Below are positions 18,969-28,292 of a stretch of 57,635 nt of DNA, piece by piece (position 1 is the first letter of the stretch; every line of letters begins with the position of its first letter). The DNA is from Candidatus Collierbacteria bacterium (lineage in GTDB: Bacteria > Patescibacteriota > Microgenomatia > UBA1400 > JACPES01): assembly GCA_016219325.1 (NCBI GenBank), contig JACRNH010000010.1:1-57635 (forward strand), written 5' to 3'. The notes under the pieces are model-generated. The model was not told where the DNA came from and searched no databases. It was given only the letters and a program-made list of their open reading frames with translations. A program made the position numbers and the translations under genes.

Positions 18969-19041
18969 AAGAAATAATGAGTAAGAAGTAATGAGTAATG
19001 AATATACGTCATTACTTTCTACTTTCTACTCATTACTCATT
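18969..19041 (+). repeat. Empty heptamer hairpin element
   Basis: TAATGAGTAAGAAGTAATGAGTAATG-9 nt-CATTACTTTCTACTTTCTACTCATTACTCATT. Confidence 0.9.
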
Positions 19042-19042
19042 A

Positions 19043-20176
19043 ATGTCATCTTATTTTATTAAAACGTTCGGGTGCCAAGCTAATAAAAGTGATTCGGAAC
19101 GGATCGAGGGGGATTACCGGGCCAGAGGATATAAGCCGGCGGCGTCATGGAAGCAGGCCGATGAAATTATCGTCAACACCTGCGCGGTCCGCGAGAGGGC
19201 CGAACATAGGGCAAGGGGGTTTATAAATAATGTGATGACGATGACAAGGAGACCAAAGATAATTTTGACGGGCTGCATGACGCATCACGGAGAGAAAAAA
19301 CTTTTGGAAATGATTCCGGGATTGGATCAGGTTTTGCCGATTAACGAAGTCGGATTTAATCAGTTTGCGGTTCGCCGCGACAAAATTCACGCCTGGGTGC
19401 CGGTTTCTGAAGGGTGCAATTCATTTTGTACTTTTTGCATTGTTCCTTATTCCAGAGGGCGGGAAAAAAGCCGGCCGATGGAAGATATTTTAGAAGAAGC
19501 GGAGAGTCTGGCTAAGCAGGGTTATAAGAAGATAACGTTACTGGGCCAAAACGTTAATTCTTACGGATTGGAAAGGATCGGAATCGGATATCGTAAACTT
19601 TTATTGAACAATAATTTCACGCGTTCACAAATACCCCTCAATCAGTCCCAATATATGAGGCCAAAGGGGATTCCGCCATTTGTGAAATTACTGAAAGAAA
19701 TATCTAAAATTAGAGAAATTGAGAAAATTGGTTTTTTGACCAGCAATCCCTGGGATTTTTATGATGAATTGATTGAAGAAATCGCCCGGAATAAAAAAAT
19801 TGACAGATTTATCCATTTGCCAGTACAGTCCGGTTCCGACCGGATTTTGAAATTGATGAACCGAGGATATACAAGTCAGGACTATTTGAGATTAATTAAC
19901 AGATTAAGAATTGCAGTTCCGGACGTCGTTATCGGAACCGATATTATTGTCGGATTTCCGACAGAGACGGATGAAGATTTTAAACAAACTGTGGAATTGG
20001 CTAAAAAAGCCGGTTGGACGGTGGCATTTGTGGCTCAATATTCGCCCCGGCCGGGGACGGCGGCATTTAGAATTTATAAAGATGATATTCCTCCGGCAGT
20101 AAAAAAAGAAAGATGGCTAATTTTGGAGAAATTGATTAACAGAGGTAATTTAAATAAAAGACCGGTGTTCCAATAG
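19043..20176 (+). CDS. miaB: MiaB-family radical SAM methylthiotransferase (no obvious C-terminal TRAM domain)
   Basis: TFGCQAN..DSE, NTCAVR..AE, GCNSFCTFCIVPYSRG, DIIVGFP; next to miaA. Confidence 0.85.
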   Translation: MSSYFIKTFGCQANKSDSERIEGDYRARGYKPAASWKQADEIIVNTCAVRERAEHRARGFINNVMTMTRRPKIILTGCMTHHGEKKLLEMIPGLDQVLPINEVGFNQFAVRRDKIHAWVPVSEGCNSFCTFCIVPYSRGREKSRPMEDILEEAESLAKQGYKKITLLGQNVNSYGLERIGIGYRKLLLNNNFTRSQIPLNQSQYMRPKGIPPFVKLLKEISKIREIEKIGFLTSNPWDFYDELIEEIARNKKIDRFIHLPVQSGSDRILKLMNRGYTSQDYLRLINRLRIAVPDVVIGTDIIVGFPTETDEDFKQTVELAKKAGWTVAFVAQYSPRPGTAAFRIYKDDIPPAVKKERWLILEKLINRGNLNKRPVFQ

Positions 20177-20247
20177 AAAGTAATGAGTAAGAAGTAATGA
20201 GTAATGAAAATCGTGCATTACTTTCTACTTTCTACTCATTACTCATT
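20175..20247 (+). repeat. Empty heptamer hairpin element
   Basis: 26-bp left core and 32-bp right arm identical to the 18969 copy; 9-nt loop. Confidence 0.9.
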
Positions 20248-20248
20248 C

Positions 20249-21376
20249 ATGAATAAAATTCTAATTATCTCCGGACCGACGGCGGCCGGGAAGACGCAAT
20301 TGGCGTTTAGGTTGGCAAAACAATTTGACGGGGAATTGATTTCTGCCGATTCCCGTCAGGTGTATAGGGGGATGGATATAGGCACTGGAAAGGAATTCCC
20401 AGTGCAAGTCAAAACTCAAAACTCAAAGCTCAAAATTTTTGGATATGATCTTGTTAATCCAGACGAGGAGTGGAGCGCTGCGCATTTTGTAAAATTAGCC
20501 GATAAACTTATCCCTGAAATTCAAAGCAGGGGGAGGCTTCCGATAATTGTCGGCGGAACAGGCTTATACATCGCTAATTTATTGAATCCGCCGGAAACGT
20601 TGAATATCCCGCCGGATAGGAAATTGAGGGCTGAATTGGAAAAGCCGGCGGTGGCTGAACTTCAGGATAGATTGAAAAAAATCAATCAGAAGCGGTTTGA
20701 AAAAATGAATGAATCGGATAGAAGTAATCCCAGAAGGTTAATCAGGGCGATAGAAATTTGTTCTGTCGATCTTAGCTCGTTGGCGGAAATTTGCTCGTTC
20801 GCTGTCACCCTTCGTAAGACTCAGGGCAAGCCCACTCGCTGTCGCTCGGGGTGGCCTCGGGCGGCAGCTAGCTCACTTCGCAAATTTGCCAACTTCACTA
20901 ATTCCGATATGCGGAATCCACATATAAATGGATTACGGGTCGAGTCCGGAATTACAAATGTGTTGCATATTGCCCTCACGGCTCCGATTAGCATTGTCGA
21001 TAAACGGATTGAAGACAGGGTTAGGCAGAGAATTGATCAGGGGGCTGAAGAAGAAGTGCGCGGATTGGTTAAAAAATACGGCTGGGATAGCGCTTTAAAG
21101 TTTACGATTGGGTATAAAGAATGGAGGCCGCATATAGACGTAAGTAAGGAAGAAACAGAGGACAGGAAATCCTGCGAAGCAGGATCCCGCTCTGCGGGAC
21201 AAAGAACAATGAAAAAAGAAATTGTCAAACTTTGGACTATTCACGAAAAGCAGTATGCCAGAAGGCAATTGACGTGGATGGCAAAGTTTCGTCCTGATAA
21301 ATTATTTGATATTTCCAAACCGGATTATATCTTGGATATTGAGGCTTGCGTTGACCGGTGGTATTATGGAAAATAA
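20249..21376 (+). CDS. miaA: tRNA dimethylallyltransferase with several in-frame repeat insertions
   Basis: GPTAAGKT, SADSRQVYRGMDIGTGK, VGGTGLY, RRLIRAIE, IGYKE, YARRQLTW. Confidence 0.92.
   Translation: MNKILIISGPTAAGKTQLAFRLAKQFDGELISADSRQVYRGMDIGTGKEFPVQVKTQNSKLKIFGYDLVNPDEEWSAAHFVKLADKLIPEIQSRGRLPIIVGGTGLYIANLLNPPETLNIPPDRKLRAELEKPAVAELQDRLKKINQKRFEKMNESDRSNPRRLIRAIEICSVDLSSLAEICSFAVTLRKTQGKPTRCRSGWPRAAASSLRKFANFTNSDMRNPHINGLRVESGITNVLHIALTAPISIVDKRIEDRVRQRIDQGAEEEVRGLVKKYGWDSALKFTIGYKEWRPHIDVSKEETEDRKSCEAGSRSAGQRTMKKEIVKLWTIHEKQYARRQLTWMAKFRPDKLFDISKPDYILDIEACVDRWYYGK
20772..20902. repeat. ~130-bp hairpin element (family B), in frame in miaA
   Basis: TTAGCTCGTTGGCGGAAATTTG...AAATTTGCCAACTTC[A/G]CTAAT is shared with 30586..30726, 39075..39212 and partly with 22396..22523. 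Confidence 0.85.
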
Positions 21377-22377
21377 TGAAAATAATGGCAAATAATATTT
21401 TATCCGACGGCCGGCACACTGTGGAAATTAGCCATAAGACGATTGTTTTTACGGCATTTTTCATAATATTTTTGGCTGTCATCCGCCAGATTGAAGGAAT
21501 ATTAGTCGGAATATTCGTTTCCTACCTGATAATGGCGGCGGTTAATCCCCTGGTTAATATTTTAGAAAAATTTAAAATCCCCCGGGCGATTTCCGCGATT
21601 GTAATTTTAATCGGGATGCTTTCGGCGATTGTTTCGGGAATCGCGGCTCTAATTCCGCCGATAGTTGATCAAACAGGCGCTTTTTTGGCGCAATTGCCTA
21701 AATTATTGGGCCAACTCGGGGTTCAGCTGGATCAATCTTTAGTCAGCAGCCAATTGGGATCGATCCCGCAAAATGCTTTTAAGGTGATAAGCGGAGTGTT
21801 TTCTAACGCTATAGCGGTATTTACGATTTTGGTAATGAGTTATTACATGATCTTGGAGCGGCAGCATTTATCCGGACGGTTGACAAAATGGTTTGGCGAT
21901 AACGAGGCCACATTGGAAGCGCTATTGGCTAAAATTGAAACTAAAATCGGGGCTTGGATCAGGGGACAGGTAATTTTGTCATTGATTATCGGAGCGGCGG
22001 TATACATTGGCTTGATTTCTTTGTCGATTCCTTACGCGGTGCCATTGGCAATTATTGCCGGATTGATGGAATCAATTCCGAATATCGGTCCGACGGTGTC
22101 TATGGTTCCGGCAGCTGTAGTTGGATTTACCATCAGCCCTTTGCATGGCGGAGCGGTAGTCCTTTTATATTTCTTGATCCAACAGTTTGAAAATAATCTG
22201 ATTGTGCCTTTAGTGATGCGCCGAGCGGTTGGGTTAAATCCCTTAGTTACCATTATTGCTTTAATGGTAGGTCTTTCTTTGGGCGGGGTGGCCGGAGCGG
22301 TTTTGTCAATTCCGGTGGTTTTAATTGGCGAAGTGTTGATTCCTTACTTTATCGGCCGGTCCAAAAGCAAGGTTTAG
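21376..22377 (+). CDS. AI-2E family transporter
   Basis: P+V..LE, IPNIGP, QQFENNLIVP.VM...VGLNP, GGVAGAVLSIP. Confidence 0.85.
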   Translation: MKIMANNILSDGRHTVEISHKTIVFTAFFIIFLAVIRQIEGILVGIFVSYLIMAAVNPLVNILEKFKIPRAISAIVILIGMLSAIVSGIAALIPPIVDQTGAFLAQLPKLLGQLGVQLDQSLVSSQLGSIPQNAFKVISGVFSNAIAVFTILVMSYYMILERQHLSGRLTKWFGDNEATLEALLAKIETKIGAWIRGQVILSLIIGAAVYIGLISLSIPYAVPLAIIAGLMESIPNIGPTVSMVPAAVVGFTISPLHGGAVVLLYFLIQQFENNLIVPLVMRRAVGLNPLVTIIALMVGLSLGGVAGAVLSIPVVLIGEVLIPYFIGRSKSKV

Positions 22378-22395
22378 TTTATTCTTGTTTTAGTT

Positions 22396-22523
22396 ACGAG
22401 TTTTGCGTCTTGTCATTCCGTACTTGATACGGAATCTATTTAAATAGATTCCCGCCTGCGCGGGAATGACATAGAGTGATCTCATTAGAGCTGTGAAATT
22501 TGCCAACTTCACTAATGATTAAA
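22396..22523. repeat. Decayed family-B element containing a REP/RPE-like element (22411..22471)
   Basis: ACGAGTTTTGCG left end and AAATTTGCCAACTTCACTAATGATTAA right end around TGTCATTCC..GGAATGACA. Confidence 0.7.
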
Positions 22524-22554
22524 CCAAGAAATTTAATCCGTTATAATTGCCAAC

Positions 22555-24108
22555 ATGCGGATCAGCGATTTGGATTTAATCAAAAGCAGTTTATCTGCCG
22601 GATTGCCGGAAATTTTAACGGATCATAATAAAAATTACATTGATATCAGGGTGGAAGCCGGTGAAGGAGTCGGGGCTTATTCCGAAAACGGTAGTTCTAA
22701 AGTTACCAGCCGGGATTGGTCATTTTCATTAGGAGTCAGGGTAATTGATAAAAGCGGAATTCCGGCGGCCGGATTTTACGGCCGGCAGTTGGGCGGAAAC
22801 GATTTAAAAAACTTTAATAAAATCGCCCGCGAAATGATTGAAGTGGCTAAAGCCAGAGCTAGAGCAAATTCTTTAGCCAAGGCCGGATTTAAAAAGAAAT
22901 ACGGAAAATTCGCCGAATCCGTCATGCCGGTTTTCTTGGCTCCGGTTAAAGCGGTAGTTGATACGGTTCCGGCAATTTATGAAAAAGATCCCCGCAAAGT
23001 AACTTCTAAAGAAATGACGGAGTTGGCAAAAAGCGTTTCGGCGGCGGCGCTGTCATTTAACAGTTATATCAAAAGATCAGATGTGGTTGTCAGCACCGGC
23101 ATTACCCGGCAAATATTTTTTTCTTCCGAAGGGGCATTGATTGACCAGTCCTGGTGCAGTAGCGGGGTTACAATTTTTGTATTATCCCAAAATAATTCCG
23201 GCGATAAACCGGTTGATTTATACCACCATACCGGAAATCAACTTGGTCTTGAGGCTTTAACTAAGGCTAAAAATTCCCATCATAAAACCGGCGAGGAGTT
23301 CGCGAGGCAAATTGCCGGGGAAGCAGTTTTATTGGCCGACGCCAAACCATCTCCGGAAATCAATAAGCCGGTGACGGTGGTTTTGGATCCGGATTTAATC
23401 GCCTTGTTCGCTCATGAGATTATCGGCCACCCCTCGGAATTGGACCGGGCTTTGAAAATGGAAACCGGGTATGCCGGCAGATCGTGGCTATTTTCCGATT
23501 TGAAAAATAATATGGTAGGCAAGCAGGTTGGATCATCAATCCTGACGGCGTTTTCCGATCCGACTTTGACCGGCGGATACGGAGTTTATAAATATGATGA
23601 TGAAGGAACGCCGGCAAAGCGGGTATATCATATAAAAAACGGGATATATCATGATTTTATGAATAGCCGGCAAACGGCGCCGACTATCGGGGCGCAACCA
23701 AATGGACATTACAAGGCCAATAATGCTTCCGCGGTGCCCTTAATCAGAATGTCGGTTTCGGCTATAGCCGGCGGGGACACGCTTCCTTCTAAAATAATTT
23801 CCGAAGTGGAAAACGGATATTATTGCGTTGGCCACCGGATTCCGTCAATTTCCGAATCGCGGGAAAATTTTCAGATCGCCCCCAGATTGATTTATGAAAT
23901 TAAAAACGGCAGAATGGGCCAGGTTTTCCGCGACGGCAGAGTGACTTCCGATTCTAAAGATTTTTTTATGTCAATTGACGCTTTGGGAAACGATTTCACC
24001 GTTTTTCCGATTCCCAATTGCGGCAAGGGCCAGCCGATGCAGGCTAAACAAGTGGGGAATGGCGGGCCGACGGCGAGGGGAAGGGCAAGAATTGCCAGAG
24101 GAGATTAG
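22555..24108 (+). CDS. tldD: TldD-family metalloprotease
   Basis: HEIIGHPSELD, YDDEG, RMS, CGKGQP..VG.GGP. Confidence 0.85.
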   Translation: MRISDLDLIKSSLSAGLPEILTDHNKNYIDIRVEAGEGVGAYSENGSSKVTSRDWSFSLGVRVIDKSGIPAAGFYGRQLGGNDLKNFNKIAREMIEVAKARARANSLAKAGFKKKYGKFAESVMPVFLAPVKAVVDTVPAIYEKDPRKVTSKEMTELAKSVSAAALSFNSYIKRSDVVVSTGITRQIFFSSEGALIDQSWCSSGVTIFVLSQNNSGDKPVDLYHHTGNQLGLEALTKAKNSHHKTGEEFARQIAGEAVLLADAKPSPEINKPVTVVLDPDLIALFAHEIIGHPSELDRALKMETGYAGRSWLFSDLKNNMVGKQVGSSILTAFSDPTLTGGYGVYKYDDEGTPAKRVYHIKNGIYHDFMNSRQTAPTIGAQPNGHYKANNASAVPLIRMSVSAIAGGDTLPSKIISEVENGYYCVGHRIPSISESRENFQIAPRLIYEIKNGRMGQVFRDGRVTSDSKDFFMSIDALGNDFTVFPIPNCGKGQPMQAKQVGNGGPTARGRARIARGD

Positions 24109-24109
24109 T

Positions 24110-24218
24110 AAACTCAAAGTGCAAAAATCAAAGCTCAAAACTAAGCGCAAAACTAAAAGCCGTAGGAAAAGTTTTAAGTTTTAAGCTAGGTTTTGATTTT
24201 TGAGTTCTGAGATTTTAG
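24110..24218. repeat. Heptamer-repeat hairpin of a second sequence type (AAA[C/A]TCA... / ...TTTTGA)
   Basis: A-rich 7-mers followed by complementary T-rich 7-mers fill the tldD-tldE gap. Confidence 0.7.
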
Positions 24219-24226
24219 TTAATTTT

Positions 24227-25780
24227 ATGATAGAACTATCTAAATTAAAAAAAGTAACTAAAGACGGACTAAAGTATGTCAAGTCTGAATCTGGGATCAT
24301 CGAGGCTCTCGTTTACGCCTCGGTTAATCATCGGACTGTCGGACGGATAGTTTATACCACTCATTTGCCGTGTAACGGTTTGGAAGAACCCAAGTCGGAA
24401 GAAGATTGCGGAATAGCCGTTGAGATTTGGTTTAAAAAAGGAAACAAGAAATTGGTCGGATTCGGCCATGAGCCAAATGAAATTTCTCTTGATGGGGTAA
24501 AAAGAGCTTTGGCAAAGGCTAAAAGAGACGCGGTGGAAGATCCTGATTTCAACGGATTTTTAAAGCCTGATAAAAATGACCACAGTATAAAAGAAACTTT
24601 TAACACCAATAAGCTGATGGATGTTGATTTTCAAAAAGAAGCCGAACTATTGGCCAAATTGAGCTGGGAAGTTATTGAAGGATCAATTGACGGTTTGGAA
24701 CAATATGCCAAACAAAAGAATTTATCCCCTAAAGATTTGGGGTTTATTTTAAACGGCGACAATTTTATTATCCGGGAACGGATGGCTTTGGCATCAACCA
24801 ATTGGATTGAAGACTCCGAAGAATCAACGGTATTTTTATCATTTTTGACCGCGATGCTGGAAAAAAGAAATGCCAAAGGCTCGGCTTGGGGAAGCCGAAT
24901 CGCGGTTGACGACGGATTTTCGGCTTACGAAATCGGTAAGAAAGCGGCATTGGCGGCCGTTAACGCGGTTGGCGGTAAAAGGATTGTTGGCCGCAAATAT
25001 AAAGTGGTATTCGGGCCGCAAGCGGTGACGGAATTGTTTGGAAATTTACTTTTACCCAATTTGAATTTGGGGATGATGGATTTTGGGGCCTCAATTTTTA
25101 CGGCCAAATACGGACAAAATGTGGCTTCTCCGTTATTGACGGTTTATGACGACGCCACTTTGCCGGGCGGGGCCGGGAGCAAGCGGATTACTTGCGAGGG
25201 CTGTTTAACCGGAAAAACCAAATTAATTGAGAGAGGGAAACTGGTCGGATTTTTATCGGATTTCAGGACCACCAGCAAAATGTTAAATAAATCTAAAGAA
25301 TCAGCGGTTAAATTAGGGGTTGATCCTCATGAAATCCGCCACGCCATCAACCCCCGGAACGGTTTCCGGTTTTCCGAAGGCGGGGGGAGAGTGGCGGCGG
25401 CCGGAGTCGGAATTCATGCTACCAATTTAGTAATTGAATCTCATCGGCCAATGACCGAAGGAGAAATATTAAGTAAAGTCGGGGACGGAATCTACATCGG
25501 CAGGCTTTGGTACACTTATCCGGTTGGAGGAATTTCATCAGGGATTATTTCCGGCACCGCTATAGCCGATAATTACGTTATCCGCAATGGCAAATTGGCC
25601 GAACCGATTTTGCCCAACACTTTAAGAATTGAAGACAATATCGGGGAAATGATAAAAAGGATTATCGGTATTGGGAATAATCAAGTTCCGACCATCCTGT
25701 GGGCTTCCGACGAAATCACTCACGCCCCCTGGGTCGCGATGGATGGAGTCAATTTTGTGGAGATAAATAAGGGGGAATGA
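24227..25780 (+). CDS. TldE/PmbA-family protein
   Basis: VVFGPQAV.EL, ASPLLTVYDDA, EG..T.K..LIE.G; no HExxH; follows tldD. Confidence 0.8.
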   Translation: MIELSKLKKVTKDGLKYVKSESGIIEALVYASVNHRTVGRIVYTTHLPCNGLEEPKSEEDCGIAVEIWFKKGNKKLVGFGHEPNEISLDGVKRALAKAKRDAVEDPDFNGFLKPDKNDHSIKETFNTNKLMDVDFQKEAELLAKLSWEVIEGSIDGLEQYAKQKNLSPKDLGFILNGDNFIIRERMALASTNWIEDSEESTVFLSFLTAMLEKRNAKGSAWGSRIAVDDGFSAYEIGKKAALAAVNAVGGKRIVGRKYKVVFGPQAVTELFGNLLLPNLNLGMMDFGASIFTAKYGQNVASPLLTVYDDATLPGGAGSKRITCEGCLTGKTKLIERGKLVGFLSDFRTTSKMLNKSKESAVKLGVDPHEIRHAINPRNGFRFSEGGGRVAAAGVGIHATNLVIESHRPMTEGEILSKVGDGIYIGRLWYTYPVGGISSGIISGTAIADNYVIRNGKLAEPILPNTLRIEDNIGEMIKRIIGIGNNQVPTILWASDEITHAPWVAMDGVNFVEINKGE

Positions 25781-26580
25781 GCGTTTTAGATATGAATAAT
25801 TTTAATTTTCTTCAGAAATATCAGAGGTTGCAGCATACTATTATGTACGACGAGCTGATAGATCTTGGATTTACAGTAGTCGGATATTCGAAAACAGATT
25901 CTTACGCATTTTGGAATTTGGCGTTAACTAATGTAAATCTTAGCGAAAACCAAATTTTCGAAATTGAAGATGTTTTAAGACGATGTCAACGAGATTCGAC
26001 CATTTATTTTGAAAATAAAAATCAGCTAAAAGAACTTAAGGAGGTGCTGGGGAAAAATGGGTATAAAAAAAATTTCGAAGACTGTTGGCAATTTTGGGCT
26101 GGCGGAAAAAAACCAGAAAGCAGATATTTTAATTCGGCCAAAAAAGTGACAGACATAGCAACCTTGAAAATATTCCTTGAAGCATTTAATCGGTGTTATC
26201 AAAAAAATGACCCTCAAAACCCATATGGAGAATTAGGAAGCGACTATCTGAAAGTTTCAGCTGAGGTGTGGCGCAGACACAGCCAAAGTGAGAGGATTGA
26301 ATACTTCATGATTTATAAAAATAACCAGCCTGTCGCTGTATCCACATTGACTAATCATGACGGAATAGGCTACATTTCAAACGTTGGATCGCTTCGCGAT
26401 GTCAGAGGTGAAGGTTATGGTAAGGCGGCAACTTTGTTTTGTATTCAAGAATCTATAAGGCGCGGGAACAATGAACATTGTCTTGCGACTGAAGAAGGCG
26501 CGTACCCCAATGAGTTTTATAAAAGAATCGGATTCGAAACCAGATTTACGGCAGTTGGTTATACAAAGATTCTGAAATAA
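25777..26580 (+). CDS. GNAT-family acetyltransferase
   Basis: ISNVGS...RGEGYG and FYKRIGF motifs. Confidence 0.75.
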   Translation: MSVLDMNNFNFLQKYQRLQHTIMYDELIDLGFTVVGYSKTDSYAFWNLALTNVNLSENQIFEIEDVLRRCQRDSTIYFENKNQLKELKEVLGKNGYKKNFEDCWQFWAGGKKPESRYFNSAKKVTDIATLKIFLEAFNRCYQKNDPQNPYGELGSDYLKVSAEVWRRHSQSERIEYFMIYKNNQPVAVSTLTNHDGIGYISNVGSLRDVRGEGYGKAATLFCIQESIRRGNNEHCLATEEGAYPNEFYKRIGFETRFTAVGYTKILK

Positions 26581-26760
26581 TTAAAATATTCATTAACGGC
26601 TGCCGATCGGCAGTCTGGAATAATAAATCAAATGTTAATACTTTGTTACGATCGTGAGAAAGTATTAACAAATCACAAATAATTATTTATATAAATTTCT
26701 TTATTCACGGGAATGACAAGAAAGTTGACAGCTGATTAGCGCAGACTTAAGATAATTTGA

Positions 26761-26955
26761 ATGAAAATATGGTTGGAAATAATTTCAGAATGGTTGGTAA
26801 ACATTTCAGCCGGATGATTCGCGGTGGCGGTAATTGAACCAAATTTCAGCCAAGCATTTGGTCCGGACAAAATAGCATCGTTGACTTTAAGATTTACCTT
26901 TGGTATTGTGTCTTTGATGTTGGCAAAATTATTCAGAGAAAGGTCAAGATTATGA
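26761..26955 (+). pseudogene. Small 2-TM module gene 1, copy 3, with TGA at the conserved Trp
   Basis: MKIWLEIISEWLVNISAG*FAVAVIEP...LTLRFTFGIVSLMLAKLF; TTGACA-17-TAAGAT upstream; ATGA overlap with the next ORF. Confidence 0.6.
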
Positions 26956-27095
26956 ATTTAAATTTTACTCAAATCGCCAATAATATAACTTTTTTGTACG
27001 GAATCTTATTAATAGTTTTATTATTAACGTATATCGCTTTTTGGAAGCGATCAGAAACTCCAACATCTTCAAAATCTTCCAGAGCGCGGAATTGA
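26952..27095 (+). CDS. Small 1-TM protein, 47 aa (module gene 2, copy 3)
   Basis: Hand translation MNLNFTQIANNITFLYGILLIVLLLTYIAFWKRSETPTSSKSSRARN*. Confidence 0.55.
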   Translation: MNLNFTQIANNITFLYGILLIVLLLTYIAFWKRSETPTSSKSSRARN

Positions 27096-27229
27096 ATGTT
27101 AATAAAACTCTATAATCCGTCCTTACTAAAGTTTCGGCGAGGCAAGCCACAGGGAACCTAAATCTACCAGCAGAGTATTGGCGTAGCCGGTTCGTTCCAA
27201 GACGTCGTCAGTTATGCTATTCTATATTT

Positions 27230-27514
27230 ATGATAAAGGCAATCGCGTTAACTCCGGAATTATGGAAGTCTATTTCCTGGGATCGGCCGGAAATGACGCT
27301 TCAAAAGGCAGATTTAATTTTGAACAGGCCGGATGATCCTGAATATTATTGGCTGGTGGGGCGAATGGTTGAAAGATTAAGTCCGGAAGAAATCTTTTCG
27401 GTAATTGACAGAGAAAGCCTGTATTCTATGTTTCCTAAACTGCGGATTTGGAAGAAATGGTCAATCGAGAAAGCAGAGGCTTTGTTTCCGGAAAAGTATC
27501 GCCAGTTGAATTGA
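27230..27514 (+). CDS. Small protein upstream of an AbiEii toxin (putative antitoxin)
   Basis: LW..ISWD...W+V.R+VE; leaderless TGcTATTCT-N6-ATG; abuts the AbiEii gene. Confidence 0.6.
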   Translation: MIKAIALTPELWKSISWDRPEMTLQKADLILNRPDDPEYYWLVGRMVERLSPEEIFSVIDRESLYSMFPKLRIWKKWSIEKAEALFPEKYRQLN

Positions 27515-28198
27515 ATGATTAATCAACTTAATCCTCAAAAACATTTAACGCCGCTTCAATGGCTGGTATTAAAAAAGTTTTTTGCCGACCCGATTTCGGC
27601 GCAGTTTTTCTTAACCGGCGGAACGGCTTTATCAGGTTTCTACTATCATCACCGTGACAGCGTGGATTTGGATTTATTTACCTTAAATCCGTTTGATTAT
27701 CCAAAGATTAAAGAGCGGTTGGCTAAATTAGCGGCCGATATTGGAGGGATATACCAAGTGAGAACAGAATCGCCCCCGCTTTTGACCGGATTTATTGAAA
27801 CCGGAGACGTTAAATTAAAAGTGGATATAGTCCATGATATTCCGGTGCACGACGGGGAATTTAAAGTTTTTGAATCAATAAGAGTCGATGCTTTGGAAAA
27901 TATCGGGTCCAACAAAATTACCGCTATCTACGGACGGCTTGCCCCTAAAGATTTTATTGACCTCTACTGGATTTTAAAGATTGACGGAAAATTGAATTTT
28001 GAGAAATTAATGGAAACAGCTAAGAAAAAAGATTTAGGATTGACAGAATTTCATCTGGGACATATTTTTGCCGGTATTCCGGAGAATCTATTGTTTCCAC
28101 CGACAATGCCTTCAGTTTCTCCTCAAGAAATCAGAAGTTTCTTTGTGGATTTAGGCAATAATCTTTTGGAAAAAGCAGAAAAGCCCAAATTTGGCTAG
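27515..28198 (+). CDS. AbiEii/AbiGii-family nucleotidyltransferase toxin
   Basis: FFLTGGTALS.FY.HHR.S.DLDLF, NKI.A...R...KDFIDLY. Confidence 0.85.
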   Translation: MINQLNPQKHLTPLQWLVLKKFFADPISAQFFLTGGTALSGFYYHHRDSVDLDLFTLNPFDYPKIKERLAKLAADIGGIYQVRTESPPLLTGFIETGDVKLKVDIVHDIPVHDGEFKVFESIRVDALENIGSNKITAIYGRLAPKDFIDLYWILKIDGKLNFEKLMETAKKKDLGLTEFHLGHIFAGIPENLLFPPTMPSVSPQEIRSFFVDLGNNLLEKAEKPKFG

Positions 28199-28292
28199 AT
28201 ATTCAAAAGCATTTTGATCCTTGGCAGGGCTTTAGTGATGGCCTGTTCGCGGTGGGATTGAACGCTCTAAAGTATTCTGCTAGAGTGGCTTA

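Noticed and set aside
22555-26580. RiPP cluster around tldD/tldE/GNAT
   Set aside because: No precursor peptide or modifying enzymes (YcaO, lanthionine synthetase) nearby.
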